Shown here piece after piece: positions 17,186 to 28,289 of a stretch of 64,000 nt of DNA. Positions within the stretch are counted from its first letter, which is position 1. Each line of letters opens with the position of its first letter. The position numbers and the translations under genes are program-made. The notes below the pieces were generated by a model. The model had not been told where the DNA came from. It searched no databases and saw nothing but the letters and a program-made list of their open reading frames with translations. This stretch comes from an uncultured cyanobacterium (GTDB lineage: Bacteria; Cyanobacteriota; Cyanobacteriia; PCC-9006; JAAUQQ01), in NCBI GenBank assembly GCA_963718615.1, contig OY970368.1, positions 6,031,824 through 6,095,823 of the forward strand. The letters are read 5' to 3'.

Positions 17186-18133
17186 TCACCCCATTATCAA
17201 CCGATCCGTCGCCTCAATCAACGCACTCTGAATCCCCGGCTCCGTCATCGAATGTCCTGCATCGGGCACCACCACTAACTCAGCCTCAGGCCAAGCCCGA
17301 TGCAGATCCCAGGCCGATCGCATCGGACAGACGACATCATAACGGCCCTGAACAATCACACCAGGCAGATGACGAATACGATTGACATTGCGCAAGAGCT
17401 GGTCATCGGACTCAAAAAATCCGCCATTGATAAAGTAATGGCACTCGATCCGGGCAAAGGCGGTGGCAAATTCATCCTCGCCAAAGACTTTCATCAGCTT
17501 CGGATCGGGAATCAACTTGCTCGTGCTACCCTCCCACACCGACCAGGCCCGTGCCGCTTCCTGGCGAATTTTGGGGTCGGGGCTGGTGAGGCGTTTATAA
17601 TAGGCCGCGACGAGATTATCCCGCTCGCCGGGTGGAATGGGCTTGAGATAGGCTTCCCAGGCGTCGGGGAAAAGGTAGCTGGCTCCCTTTTGGTAGAACC
17701 ACTGAATCTCCTCCCGACGCAGCAAAAAAATGCCTCGCAGAATCAGCCCCAAGCAATGCTTAGGATGGGCTTGGCTATAGGCCAGCGAGAGCGTACTCCC
17801 CCAACTGCCCCCAAAAACGACCCAGCGCTCAATGTCGAGGTGCTCGCGCAGCACCTCAATGTCGCTGACTAAATGCCAGGTGCTATTGTCCCGCAGCTCC
17901 GCATGGGGAAGGCTGCGCCCACAGCCCCGTTGGTCAAACTGAATGATCCGCCAGTGATGGGGGTTGAAATACTGCCGATAGGAAGGCTGCGAGCCTCCCC
18001 CCGGTCCCCCATGGAGAACAATGACCGGTTGCCCATCTGGGTTGCCTGATTCCTCAAAGTAAATGGTATGCAGGTCCGAGACCTGGAGCATGCCACGACC
18101 ATAGGGTTCGATGGGAGGGTAGAGGTGGCGCAT
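17186..18133 (-). CDS. pip: Proline iminopeptidase
   Basis: HGGPGGG, FDQRGCGRS, GGSWGSTL, GRYDVVC and DAGHS motifs. Confidence 0.93.
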   Translation of the reverse strand: MRHLYPPIEPYGRGMLQVSDLHTIYFEESGNPDGQPVIVLHGGPGGGSQPSYRQYFNPHHWRIIQFDQRGCGRSLPHAELRDNSTWHLVSDIEVLREHLDIERWVVFGGSWGSTLSLAYSQAHPKHCLGLILRGIFLLRREEIQWFYQKGASYLFPDAWEAYLKPIPPGERDNLVAAYYKRLTSPDPKIRQEAARAWSVWEGSTSKLIPDPKLMKVFGEDEFATAFARIECHYFINGGFFESDDQLLRNVNRIRHLPGVIVQGRYDVVCPMRSAWDLHRAWPEAELVVVPDAGHSMTEPGIQSALIEATDRLIMG

Positions 18134-18244
18134 AGTTCTCTAGGAGCGGGGCTGTGCATAGTCTCAATGGATACCTGTCAGCCTGTCAACACCCCTATCG
18201 TTTAAGCTAAGGCAGGTAACGTTTCTAGAATTTGCAGATTTCCT

Positions 18245-18805
18245 ATGCTGAAACTTTACGGCGGTGCTCGGAGCCGTGCTTCCATTGTGCATTGGTATCT
18301 CGAAGAATTGGGCTTGCCCTACGAATTCGTCTTGCTCGATCTACAGACCGGTGAGAATCGCCAAGCCCCTTTTACAGACATTAACCCCTTTGGTAAAGTC
18401 CCTGGCTTGGTGGATGGAGCGGTCAAATTGTTTGAGTCTGGAGCCATTTTGCTTTATTTGGCGGACCAGTATGGAGAGCTCAAGGAAAGCAACGCTGCGG
18501 AGCGGGCGATCGCCAGCCAGTGGGTCCTGTTTGCCAATGCAACCCTGGGTCCCGGCATCTTTATGGAGTCGACGCGGGAACGGGAGCTGCCCCGGCTGAT
18601 GGAGCCGCTCAACGCTCTTTTTGCGAAGCAGTCCTTTATCGTGGGCGAGCAGTTTAGCGTTGCAGATGCTGCCGTGGGATCCATGCTCAACTATATTCCC
18701 ATGCTGCTGAAGCTGGACCTCAGCGAGTATCCGGCGGTGGTGGACTATATGCAGCGTATTGCGGCCCGTCCGGCCTTTGTTAAAACGATTCTGAACCGGG
18801 GCTAG
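18245..18805 (+). CDS. Glutathione S-transferase family protein
   Basis: NPFGKVP, FESGAILLYLA and FSVAD motifs. Confidence 0.9.
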   Translation: MLKLYGGARSRASIVHWYLEELGLPYEFVLLDLQTGENRQAPFTDINPFGKVPGLVDGAVKLFESGAILLYLADQYGELKESNAAERAIASQWVLFANATLGPGIFMESTRERELPRLMEPLNALFAKQSFIVGEQFSVADAAVGSMLNYIPMLLKLDLSEYPAVVDYMQRIAARPAFVKTILNRG

Positions 18806-18810
18806 ACTCG

Positions 18811-19713
18811 ATGCAGGATTGGCGCGATCTCGCCCGCCCAGGGCAAAACCAAGTCTGGCGCTATGGGCTGGGCATTACGCTGTTTCTGCTGGTTTTTGGG
18901 CTGCTGGGAAGTTTGAGCTTAGGGGTATTTTCCCTGGTTTGGTTGATCTTCCAGGGCGTCCCGCCGGAGCAGATGGGGACCTCGCTGCTGCTCTTTTTGC
19001 AAACCCCTTCCGTAGCGGGTTTTATCGCCAATAATCTGCCGTTTGTCTGGGGTTTGGGGGCGCTCTTTCTGATTGTTCAGAGGCTGCATCGACGGCCTTT
19101 TAGATCGCTGTTGGGGGGCGATCGCCAGCTCCATGGCAAACGGTTGGGCGCGGCCTTTGGCCTTTGGTTTTTGCTTTTGTCCTTCAGCACTGCAATCACC
19201 GCCCTATTGGCTCCGGGGGATTTTCATCTCACCTTTAAGCCCTTAACCTGGCTGGGTCTTGTGCTCGTTGCTGTGCCTTTAACGACGTTGCAGGTGAGTT
19301 GTGAGGAGCTGTTTTTTCGCGGCTATTTGCTCCAGGGATTGGGGTTGCGGTTGCGATCGCACCTAGTCCTATCGGTGCTAACAGCGGTTCTGTTTGCGTT
19401 GGTCCATTTGGCCAATCCCGAAGTCCAGCGAGGGGCCGGTTGGATTGTGTTTTACTATTTTTCCTTTGGTCTTTTAGCGGCTTGGCTAACGCTCAAGGAA
19501 AACCGGCTAGAGCTAGCCCTAGGGTTGCATTTAGCGACGAATTTATTTGGAATTTTAATCGTCAGTAGCAGCGATTCTGTGTTACCTGCACCAGCCCTGT
19601 TTCAAGTGAATGCAGTGGGAAATCCCGCTTGGTCGGTGGTGGTGTTTTTGCTAGATGCTGCGATTTTCTATGGGATTCTCAGAGGCCGTCCTGCCCGTAA
19701 GCCTTCAGATTGA
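18811..19713 (+). CDS. CPBP (Abi/type II CAAX) intramembrane metalloprotease
   Basis: EELFFRG, FALVH and HLATN motifs; multiple TM helices. Confidence 0.88.
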   Translation: MQDWRDLARPGQNQVWRYGLGITLFLLVFGLLGSLSLGVFSLVWLIFQGVPPEQMGTSLLLFLQTPSVAGFIANNLPFVWGLGALFLIVQRLHRRPFRSLLGGDRQLHGKRLGAAFGLWFLLLSFSTAITALLAPGDFHLTFKPLTWLGLVLVAVPLTTLQVSCEELFFRGYLLQGLGLRLRSHLVLSVLTAVLFALVHLANPEVQRGAGWIVFYYFSFGLLAAWLTLKENRLELALGLHLATNLFGILIVSSSDSVLPAPALFQVNAVGNPAWSVVVFLLDAAIFYGILRGRPARKPSD

Positions 19714-19979
19714 ACCGCCTGAACTATTCATTGATCAGCAGCGTCGCTCCATCTGAATCTGTTGAATCTGTTAATCGTTAAAGGTGAATGGGCTAAGGTG
19801 AATGGGTCAAGGGCGATCGCAAAAGATACCCATTCAACCCAATTGTTCCCCAATCCGAAAGGCTTTACCCTAAGCCTTATCTACCTTCAGGGATCTGCTG
19901 GAATCCTGGAGTGTAGTGTTGAGGTTATGGCCCTCAGATGGCTCTGGGGGCTTTTCTTAAACGGATCCTTTGCTTCGGC

Positions 19980-21818
19980 TTACAAATAGCTGCTGGCCTG
20001 CCGGGTAAACATATCGCAGTAGGCTCCTCCTTGGCTCATCAAGGTTTCATGATTTCCAGATTCAATAATTTGCCCCTGTTCTAAGACCACAATGCGATCG
20101 GCCAGTTTTGCCAGGGCCAATCGGTGACTCACAACCACAGCCATTCGCCCCTGGGTAATCGAACGGAAAATATCGTAGATTTCCTGCTCATTTTTCGGGT
20201 CTAGGGCGGCGGTGGGTTCATCAAAGATCAAAAGCTCAGCACTGCCTAATCGCAGAAGGGCACGGGCGATCGCCACCCGCTGCCACTGTCCCCCCGACAA
20301 ATCCACCCCATGTTCTAATTCCTTGCCCAGGGGCGTCTCCAAGCCCTCCGAGAGAGTCTGGGCCAGTTGGCCCATACCGGCTTCTTCGAGGACTCGCTGG
20401 ATGGCACTATCCTCCCCATGTTTGGGTTGATAGCCCCAGCCGACGTTGTCCCGCAAACTGGTGGGGAAGCGGGCATAGTCCTGCATGACGACGGCGATGC
20501 GATCGCGCAAGGCCCTCAGGTCCAACTCCCGAAAATCTCGCTGATTCCAGTAGATTGAACCTTGTGTTGGATCATACAGTCGGCAGAGCAACTTACTGAG
20601 CGTTGTTTTTCCCGCGCCATTTTCACCCACCAAGGCAACCATTTCGTTTGGGCGGATCTGAAAGTTAATGCCCTGCAAAACCGGTTTGTCGCTGCCAGGA
20701 TAGTGAAACACCAAATCTTCCACCTGAATCCCCGTGGGAGCCATAGTGGGTTTCCAGACATCAACGGCGAGCTGGGATGGCGGCGAAATGATCTCGGGCT
20801 GTAGATCCAGTAATTGAAAAATGGGTTTAGTTGCTAGGGTAACATCATAAAGATTGCCGAGGTTCCCAATCATTGCATAGAGCCCCCCTTGCATCTGGGC
20901 AATAATGCCGGTGTAAAGTGCGATGTCTCCCAGAGTATAGTTGCCTTGAACCACGCCCAAAATGACGTACAGATAGGGAAATGAAGCGCCAAGATTGCCA
21001 AATAATGACCATAGGCCCATGGCGATCGCCCCCTGTTTGCGGACATTGGCCATGGCTCCAAAAACTTGTTCAAAGAGCGATCGCCAGCGCTGAATCATCA
21101 CCGTTTGCAACGAAAAGAGGCGAATTTCCTTGGCAAATTCTTCGCCTCGGATCAGGCGAGCATAAATGTCCATCTCCCGCGAGGTTGCGGCCTGGGTTTC
21201 TTCAACACGCCAACTTTTGCGCCGCTGTCGCATCTCCACATAAATGGCGGGGGCCGTGACGGTCACGAGCAACAGCGGAATCCACCAAGCTAGGGAGACG
21301 GAAAGCAAAATGGCTGGCCCTAAAATGAATAGACCCCGCAAGGTTGCTGTCAGCATAAACGAGAGCTGCTGCAATCGTTGCACACCAGCTTGTGTCAGTT
21401 GAACAATGTTAAGGAGATCGGGACTTTCAAAGAGGGCGATGTCATTAAAGGTCGCGATTTTTTCGAGGACTTGACCCTGGACAATGCCTTGAACGCGATC
21501 GCGCAAGGCCGCAAATAGAACAATATCAACAGTTGAAGCCGCCTCGGTGAGCAAGCGCAAAACGACTGTTCCCCCGATTGCCCAGACCAACACCGTATCG
21601 GTGGAAAGGATGGTCCGCCAGTTCTCGACCGGTCCAGTTTGAAGCAGCCGCGCAATTTCATCGATAACCACTTTGCTAAGGAACAGAGCTGCGGCTGGCC
21701 CGACTCCCGTAAAAATATTAAACAGTGCCAGTTGAGCTAACTGCCGAGGTGCGGCTTGCGCAATCAGCAGAAGACTGCGACGCAACGCCTGGGTTGGCTT
21801 GAGATCAGCAATTTGCAT
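19980..21818 (-). CDS. ABC exporter, fused permease/ATPase
   Basis: N-terminal TM region, AKEIRLF, GENGAGKT, LSGGQWQR and DEPT. Confidence 0.9.
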   Translation of the reverse strand: MQIADLKPTQALRRSLLLIAQAAPRQLAQLALFNIFTGVGPAAALFLSKVVIDEIARLLQTGPVENWRTILSTDTVLVWAIGGTVVLRLLTEAASTVDIVLFAALRDRVQGIVQGQVLEKIATFNDIALFESPDLLNIVQLTQAGVQRLQQLSFMLTATLRGLFILGPAILLSVSLAWWIPLLLVTVTAPAIYVEMRQRRKSWRVEETQAATSREMDIYARLIRGEEFAKEIRLFSLQTVMIQRWRSLFEQVFGAMANVRKQGAIAMGLWSLFGNLGASFPYLYVILGVVQGNYTLGDIALYTGIIAQMQGGLYAMIGNLGNLYDVTLATKPIFQLLDLQPEIISPPSQLAVDVWKPTMAPTGIQVEDLVFHYPGSDKPVLQGINFQIRPNEMVALVGENGAGKTTLSKLLCRLYDPTQGSIYWNQRDFRELDLRALRDRIAVVMQDYARFPTSLRDNVGWGYQPKHGEDSAIQRVLEEAGMGQLAQTLSEGLETPLGKELEHGVDLSGGQWQRVAIARALLRLGSAELLIFDEPTAALDPKNEQEIYDIFRSITQGRMAVVVSHRLALAKLADRIVVLEQGQIIESGNHETLMSQGGAYCDMFTRQASSYL

Positions 21819-21934
21819 GGGTAAATGCAGAGGAAAGGATACCCTAACGGGAGGTTGGACCGGAGCGGCTCAGGCCAGTTCACCAGTCCGTTCGCCTTTC
21901 CCATTCTGCCAAGAGATACTCGAAATGGGGGAAT

Positions 21935-22237
21935 TTATTGCTCTTGGATTAACCGCATATAGTTTTGCTTAAGTTGAATATTGGCCTGAGCAATGTGATC
22001 GCTCATGGCCTTCTCAGCCTCGCTAATCTCCTCCCAAAAAGCAGCCGATCGCTGGGCCGAAATGAATTCTTGCCAGAGTTGCTGAAGCAGCAGTGCAGCC
22101 GTTTCGCTCTCAGGTTGAAGCTGGGTGTAGAGGACTTCAAACTGGGCATTGGCCTGGGGATGATGTTTGATGTTTTTGGCGGCAGCGATCGCCGCTTCCA
22201 GGGTGGTAGATAGACTGGAAATCGATGGGTTTGTCAT
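21935..22237 (-). CDS. Hypothetical helical/coiled-coil protein
   Basis: 100-aa ORF with ATG, co-oriented with neighbours, ending NYMRLIQEQ. Confidence 0.65.
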   Translation of the reverse strand: MTNPSISSLSTTLEAAIAAAKNIKHHPQANAQFEVLYTQLQPESETAALLLQQLWQEFISAQRSAAFWEEISEAEKAMSDHIAQANIQLKQNYMRLIQEQ

Positions 22238-22298
22238 AATGCTGAAAGCTTGGCTGAAAGGTTACCGGAAAGATCTCTTGAAAATCTAATGCTGAAAT

Positions 22299-22586
22299 CT
22301 AAGCCGAGATAGGACGAGTCACAGGCTGAGCTAACCTCTGGACTTTCTTAAATTCTTGACGATTTTCTTCGCCAGTTCCATAGCAATCCGCTGGCATAAT
22401 CCGCTGCGGATCGCAATTCCGATTTAGACAACCCTTGGCTTGAGTATGCTGGCAAACACGGGCAAAAAGACGCTCTCGGCTGCCAGTTGGACCAAAGGCA
22501 AAATGCACTCGATCTTCATGATCAATAGTGACATTGCAAACAGTACAGGTTTGGCAAGGAGAAGTAGCTGGGTCAATTGAATTCAT
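22299..22586 (-). CDS. Small Cys-rich hypothetical protein
   Basis: CTVC and ARVCQH...CLN motifs; 95 aa. Confidence 0.65.
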   Translation of the reverse strand: MNSIDPATSPCQTCTVCNVTIDHEDRVHFAFGPTGSRERLFARVCQHTQAKGCLNRNCDPQRIMPADCYGTGEENRQEFKKVQRLAQPVTRPISA

Positions 22587-22935
22587 AGGAAATCGCCTTT
22601 TTGCGTTGGCCTAGGGAAGTCGATTTGAGCAAATATGCTGCGTACACCGATAGACAAAACGTGGTGATAGGAAAACTTTAACAGGCCATAAAGTGAGACG
22701 CCCTGTACCTTGGGTTAGAGGTTGAATGACTAGGAATTTTGGAATTTTGGGCAAGTTTTGGTGTGTCCACAACTGGGTGATTTTGATAGTTTAAAATAGT
22801 TTGGAATGGGGCTAATTGGAATAGATCTAGCTGGAATGGATCTGGCTGAAATAGGTCTAGGGACTGTGTCGGGAGGTGGGGAGCCACGTTTTTGCTGGCG
22901 TTTTTCCGTGTGCTCCCCCCAACTTAGCTTGAGAA

Positions 22936-24222
22936 TTAAGCCTGCTCTTCTAGCTCGGCGGTTCGGACCGTAATCGTTTGCGTTTGATTGCGGCGGTGGA
23001 CTTCAAACTGGAGCGATCGCCCCACACCACTATCCTCCACAATCTTCTGCAACTGATCCGCCGTCATGATCCCCCTGCCATCAATTCGAGTAATTACATC
23101 GCCTCGACGTAAGCCTGCTGACGCTGCCGGTGTATTCGGCAGAACTCGGACCACCAAAACGCCATCCACTTCCGGAACGAGGAAATCTGAATTGGGATCC
23201 TGATTGTTCTTATGGGCGTCGTCCTGGGTCAAGCTCACCATCTGAATCCCCACATAGGGATGGGCCACCCGACCTGTCTTCAGCAACTGTGCCTCGATTT
23301 CCTTGGCTTTGTTAATCGGAATCGCAAAACCGATGCCCATGGCGTCTGCCCGGATAGCAGTGTTGATACCAATGACTTGCCCCATGGAATTGACCAGCGG
23401 TCCCCCAGAGTTGCCGGGGTTAATGGCCGCGTCGGTTTGGATAAACTCCAGGCGTTTGTCCGGGATCCCGACTTCGGAGCTAGAGCGGCCCAGCGTACTG
23501 ACGATTCCTAGGGTAACGGTGTTGTTGAGACCCACGGGGTTGCCGACGGCGATCGCCCAGTCCCCCACGCTGATCTCTCCCGAGTTACCCAGACCTGCCA
23601 CGGGCAGCGCTTCACCCTTAGTATTGATCTGAACCACGGCCAGATCCGTCACTTTGTCGGCTCCCCGCACCTTGCCTTCGAACTCACGCCCGTCGGTCAG
23701 CGTCACCGTCACACGATCTGCCTGGGCGACCACATGGGCATTGGTCAAAATAATGCCTTGACCATCGACGATAAAGCCCGAACCCTGTCCCCGCTGAAGC
23801 TGCTCACGGGGTATCTGGGCCGAAAATTCATCGCCAAAAAAACGACGGAAAAAGGGATCCTCAAAAATTGGATCCGGGGCGCGGGTGACTTTGCGCTCGG
23901 TGTCGATCCGCACAACGGCTGGACCAATCTTGCGCACCGCGTCTGCCACAAAGCTGTGACCGCTGGGGGGAAGTGCCGCGATTAGCGGTTTCGTCGGTGC
24001 GGGGGGACTGGAGGGGGCGCTGGGTATGGTTTGGGGAATGGGGGACTGGGCGATCGCCGCAGCGCTTGTGTCTGGCAAAATCGGACTCGCAAAGGAAGGC
24101 AGCGCTCGTAGGCTCCCCATCGTCATCAACATTCCCATCACCAGCGCCGCAAGATGGCTTGCCAATTGACGCCAAGAGCGGCGGCGGAAGGGTTTACGTG
24201 CAGAACCGTTCAAAAGTCTCAT
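22936..24222 (-). CDS. HtrA/HhoA-family serine protease with PDZ domain
   Basis: [26 protein letters not shown] and a C-terminal PDZ domain. Confidence 0.93.
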   Translation of the reverse strand: MRLLNGSARKPFRRRSWRQLASHLAALVMGMLMTMGSLRALPSFASPILPDTSAAAIAQSPIPQTIPSAPSSPPAPTKPLIAALPPSGHSFVADAVRKIGPAVVRIDTERKVTRAPDPIFEDPFFRRFFGDEFSAQIPREQLQRGQGSGFIVDGQGIILTNAHVVAQADRVTVTLTDGREFEGKVRGADKVTDLAVVQINTKGEALPVAGLGNSGEISVGDWAIAVGNPVGLNNTVTLGIVSTLGRSSSEVGIPDKRLEFIQTDAAINPGNSGGPLVNSMGQVIGINTAIRADAMGIGFAIPINKAKEIEAQLLKTGRVAHPYVGIQMVSLTQDDAHKNNQDPNSDFLVPEVDGVLVVRVLPNTPAASAGLRRGDVITRIDGRGIMTADQLQKIVEDSGVGRSLQFEVHRRNQTQTITVRTAELEEQA

Positions 24223-24412
24223 GGGAAATTGACCGATCGCTGGATTAAGTTTGAATTGAGTTAAGGCTAGTATTGTTTAGTGTAAACAAGCCTTAGATGG
24301 GGTGACGAGAGAAGCTAGGGGCGGGTTTCCTCCCTCGCTAACCCCTGATTTTCCCGAGGTCCGAGGTCAGCGTTTAAGATCAGGGCACTGGTTTATGCGA
24401 TTTTTCGACTGA

Positions 24413-24796
24413 ATGAACGGTTCTGAGTCCACCTTCCTTTCTTCCTGTCCTGACCCTCAGGATATTTCCGCTACCAATCTTCACGGGGATAATCCCGAGC
24501 ATCGCCATAGCCACGACAAAGCTCACGTACACGACGCAGACTCGATCCGCAAGATTGTCAATCGCCTCTCTCGCATCGAAGGCCATATTCGAGGAATCAA
24601 ACGCATGGTGCAGGAGCAGGAGTCCTGTCCGGATGTCCTGATTCAGGTGGCGGCGGTGCGTAGTGCGCTGGATAAGGCGGCGCGGCTGATTTTGGATGAA
24701 CACTTGACCCAATGCGTGGTGCGGGCGGCGAAGGAGGGCAATATCGAGGCGGAAATTGCGGAATTGCAGGCAGCTTTAAATCGTTTTTTGCCCTAG
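24413..24796 (+). CDS. inrS: CsoR/RcnR-family metal-sensing repressor (InrS-like)
   Basis: His-rich N-terminus HRHSHDKAHVH, NRLSRIEGHIRG, CPDVLIQ and HLTQC. Confidence 0.8.
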   Translation: MNGSESTFLSSCPDPQDISATNLHGDNPEHRHSHDKAHVHDADSIRKIVNRLSRIEGHIRGIKRMVQEQESCPDVLIQVAAVRSALDKAARLILDEHLTQCVVRAAKEGNIEAEIAELQAALNRFLP

Positions 24797-24865
24797 GGGG
24801 TCTCTGTCAGGTTTTGGGGTGATGGTCTGTTAGGTTTTGGGGTGATGGGGTGATGGGGATTTACT

Positions 24866-26350
24866 GTGAATCTGTCTCATAGTTCGTCTAGTGCTGCGGC
24901 TGAGGCTCGAAGGCGGGCATTCTCGCTGGGCAAAAAAGCTTGGGCGGCGGCCCAGGCGAATCCGGCTGAGGCGTTTGGGCCGGTGGAGTTGGAGGTGATT
25001 GCGGGGAAAATTCCGCCGGACCTGTGCGGCTGTTTTTATCAAAATGGTCCGGGTCGACTGGAGCGCAATGGTCAGCGGGTGGGCCATTGGTTTGATGGGG
25101 ATGGCGGGATTCTGGCGGTGCGGATTGAGGGGGGCAAGGCCCGAGGGCGCTATCGCTATGTTCAGACTGCGGGGTATCAAGCGGAGGAAAAAGCGGGTCG
25201 TTATTGCTTCAAAAACTACGGCATGTTGGCCCCTGGACCTTGGCCGCTGCGGATGTTGCCTCCGTTTAAGAATGCGGCGAATACATCGGTATTGGCTTTG
25301 GGCGATCGCCTCCTCGCCCTCTGGGAAGGGGGGTTACCTCACCGTCTCGATTTAGAAACACTCGAAACCTTGGGCCTCGAAACCTTGGGACTCGAACCTT
25401 TTGACCCATTGCGCAGTCGCGAGACCTATTCTGCCCATCCTAAGATTGATCCCCACAGTGGCGAAATCTTTAACTTTGGCGTCGAACCCGGTCCAAGGAC
25501 AAAGCTCAATCTTTACCGCAGCAACGCCGCTGGTCAATTGCTGCAACGGGCCAGTTTTCCCCTTTCCGGTGTTCCCCTCATTCACGATATGGCATTGGCC
25601 GGTCCCTATCTGGTGGTGTTGATTCCACCCGTGCGGCTACGGTTAGGGCCTGCACTTTTGAACCTTAAGAGCCTGAGTGATTCCTTTGCTTGGCAACCCC
25701 ACCGGGGTACGGAAATCTGGGTGTTCGATCGCGCCACGCTCCAGCGGGTTAGTCGTAGCAAAGCCCCTGCCTGGTTTCAGTGGCATATCAGCAATGGTTA
25801 TGTTGATCCCCAGGGACATTTGGTCATTGACCTCGTGCGCTATCCTGATTTTCGCACCAATGAATATCTCAAAACCTGGCCCTTGGGCTGGGTGGGCGAG
25901 GATGCCGGGGGGCAATTTTGGCGACTGCGCCTTGATCCCGCCACGGCTCAGCTGCAAGCAGAGCACCTGCTCTTTGACCAACCCTGTGAGTTTCCGGTTG
26001 TGGCTCCCAGCCAAGTGGGCCAGCTCGCTAAAGAGGTTTTATTTGTCACTCACCGTCCAGGGGGACAGGTTCCGGGGGAGATCGCGGGGGCGATCGCCCG
26101 TTTCCAGCCCGACACCCAGACCCTCCGCCTGCTCGATTTTGGCCCCAATGCCTATCCCTTCGCTCCCGTCTATGCTGAGACAGGCGGCGGTACAAGCTAT
26201 GTTTTCGTGCTGATGTTTGATGGCACCTTACAGCGCACAGAACTTTGGATTCTGAATTTGGAAACCTGGGGTGATCCTCCCGCTTGCCGCCTTGCGATCC
26301 CAACCGTTGTCCCTTTCGGTTTTCACGGTACTTGGGCTAAATTCGGCTAA
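24866..26350 (+). CDS. Carotenoid cleavage dioxygenase (RPE65 family)
   Basis: HWFDGDG, SAHPK, IHD, WHISNGY and FGFHG iron-ligand motifs. Confidence 0.9.
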   Translation: MNLSHSSSSAAAEARRRAFSLGKKAWAAAQANPAEAFGPVELEVIAGKIPPDLCGCFYQNGPGRLERNGQRVGHWFDGDGGILAVRIEGGKARGRYRYVQTAGYQAEEKAGRYCFKNYGMLAPGPWPLRMLPPFKNAANTSVLALGDRLLALWEGGLPHRLDLETLETLGLETLGLEPFDPLRSRETYSAHPKIDPHSGEIFNFGVEPGPRTKLNLYRSNAAGQLLQRASFPLSGVPLIHDMALAGPYLVVLIPPVRLRLGPALLNLKSLSDSFAWQPHRGTEIWVFDRATLQRVSRSKAPAWFQWHISNGYVDPQGHLVIDLVRYPDFRTNEYLKTWPLGWVGEDAGGQFWRLRLDPATAQLQAEHLLFDQPCEFPVVAPSQVGQLAKEVLFVTHRPGGQVPGEIAGAIARFQPDTQTLRLLDFGPNAYPFAPVYAETGGGTSYVFVLMFDGTLQRTELWILNLETWGDPPACRLAIPTVVPFGFHGTWAKFG

Positions 26351-26562
26351 ATCTTGTCCATATATTTACAGAAAATTTAGGACTGTTCCTTGAAAATATG
26401 AGAGAGCTACGAAACTCTGGTGATGAGTGGTGAATGTTAAGAGGGGATTGGTCCGTGCTCTGGATTGACACCAAATCTTTCTGCACCAGTCCATATCTCT
26501 ATGGGTAATTTGAGCTCAGGTATAGGAAATCCCATCAGTCCTTTGAATACAGCTAAATCTTT

Positions 26563-27597
26563 ATGGGTCTTCTGAAGCCGCAACACACAACACTCATCGC
26601 CAACCAGGCCATGGTCCGTGATATCCCCCCTCGGAATCTCCAGATGGTTGAGGACTCTGCTGTGCTGCTTGTTCCCTCTTTACTCAGTGTGCCTCAGTCG
26701 ATGGAGTTAAAGGCAGCAGTCCAGGAGCACTGCGAACAACGGTCTGGTTTGAAAACCCTGGTCCTGGATTTTTCGCAAACCAGCTTTATGGACAGTAGCG
26801 GCATTGGTGCCCTGATCTCCTGCCGCAAAATGGCCATGGCGCATCAAGTGGAGTTACGTTTGCGACAGCTGACGCCCCAGGTCCGCATGGTGTTGTCGAT
26901 GACCGAGCTAGACCAGGTTTTTCCCATTGATGACGCAGAAGCTGACTCAGTGAATCAGCGTATGGTTCAGCCCAACGAGATTGTGACCCATCCATCGGTT
27001 CATTCTCGGGCCAAGCGGGCCTTAGATATTTTGGGGGCTGTGGTGGGGCTCTTGTTAACGGTTTTAGTGGCGATTCCGGTGGCGATCGCCATCAAGCTCG
27101 AAGACGGTGGACCGATTTTCTTTAGCCAGATCCGCTGCTCCTGGATGGGGCGTCCGTTTCGGATTTGGAAATTTCGGTCCATGGTCGTCGATGCGGAAGC
27201 CCGCAAAGCTGAGGTGAAAAATCAGATCGAAGGGGCGTTGTTCAAGAGCGCTACGGATCACCGCATTACCCGCATTGGCCAGTTCCTGCGCCGCACCAGC
27301 CTGGACGAACTGCCCCAGTTTTGGAATGTCCTGCGGGGAGAAATGAGTTTGGTGGGAACCCGCCCGCCGACGCTGGATGAAACCGAACAGTACGAAATCC
27401 CCCAGTGGCGCAGGCTGGATATCAAGCCGGGGATGACCGGTGAATGGCAAGTCAACGGACGCTCCCAAGTCAAAAACTTTGAGGACGTGGTTCAGCTCGA
27501 TTTGCAATACCAGCGGAATTGGAGCCTAGGCTACGATATCCAGCTCATCCTTAAAACCATTCTGATTGTATTCAATAAAAATTCGGGGGCGTACTAA
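26563..27597 (+). CDS. STAS (anti-anti-sigma) plus bacterial sugar transferase fusion
   Basis: FMDSSGIGAL (STAS); KRALDI, KFRSM, LDELPQFWNVLRGEMSLVG and KPGMTG (sugar transferase). Confidence 0.9.
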   Translation: MGLLKPQHTTLIANQAMVRDIPPRNLQMVEDSAVLLVPSLLSVPQSMELKAAVQEHCEQRSGLKTLVLDFSQTSFMDSSGIGALISCRKMAMAHQVELRLRQLTPQVRMVLSMTELDQVFPIDDAEADSVNQRMVQPNEIVTHPSVHSRAKRALDILGAVVGLLLTVLVAIPVAIAIKLEDGGPIFFSQIRCSWMGRPFRIWKFRSMVVDAEARKAEVKNQIEGALFKSATDHRITRIGQFLRRTSLDELPQFWNVLRGEMSLVGTRPPTLDETEQYEIPQWRRLDIKPGMTGEWQVNGRSQVKNFEDVVQLDLQYQRNWSLGYDIQLILKTILIVFNKNSGAY

Positions 27598-27652
27598 ACG
27601 GAGGAGGCCCACCTGCGGGATAGGATAGGTCCAGGTTGTTCTTCGCAATGCC

Positions 27653-28225
27653 ATGGCCCTAACGCCTTCCACGATGCTTGAGCTGGGGACTCCGGCTCCG
27701 GATTTTTCGCTCCCGGATGTAGTCACAGGTTCATTGATTTCCCTGCAGACCTTTCAGGGCAAAACAGGTCTGTTGGTTCTGTTTATCTGTGCGCACTGCC
27801 CCTTTGTGAAGCATCTGGAGGGGGCGATCGCCCAGCTCGGCCAAGATTATCAGACACAATCCCTCGGCATCGTTGCCATCAGCGCCAATAGTCTCCAGAC
27901 CCATCCCCAGGATGGGCCGGACCACCTCAAGGCCCAAGCACAGACCTGTGGGTTTACGTTTCCCTATTGTTTTGATGCCACTCAGGCGATCGCCAAGGCT
28001 TATAGTGCCGCCTGTACCCCTGACTTTTTTCTGTTTGATGGCGAACGGCGGCTGGTCTATCGCGGGCAGTTTGACGATAGCCGTCCCGGCAATGGCCAAC
28101 CGGTGACCGGTCAAGATCTGCGGCGGGCGATCGACCAGCTCTTGCAGGGTCAGCCCATTCCTATCGATCAGAAGCCCAGCATCGGTTGCAATATTAAATG
28201 GACCCCTGGGCAGGAACCGTCCTAG
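27653..28225 (+). CDS. Thioredoxin-family / AhpC-TSA redoxin
   Basis: CAHCPFV, ACTPDFF and PSIGCNIKW motifs. Confidence 0.9.
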   Translation: MALTPSTMLELGTPAPDFSLPDVVTGSLISLQTFQGKTGLLVLFICAHCPFVKHLEGAIAQLGQDYQTQSLGIVAISANSLQTHPQDGPDHLKAQAQTCGFTFPYCFDATQAIAKAYSAACTPDFFLFDGERRLVYRGQFDDSRPGNGQPVTGQDLRRAIDQLLQGQPIPIDQKPSIGCNIKWTPGQEPS

Positions 28226-28289
28226 CGAACTGAAGCCCCTTATCTTTACAATCCCTTATCTTTGTCCTTTGCTCTACCCCTCGACCCGC

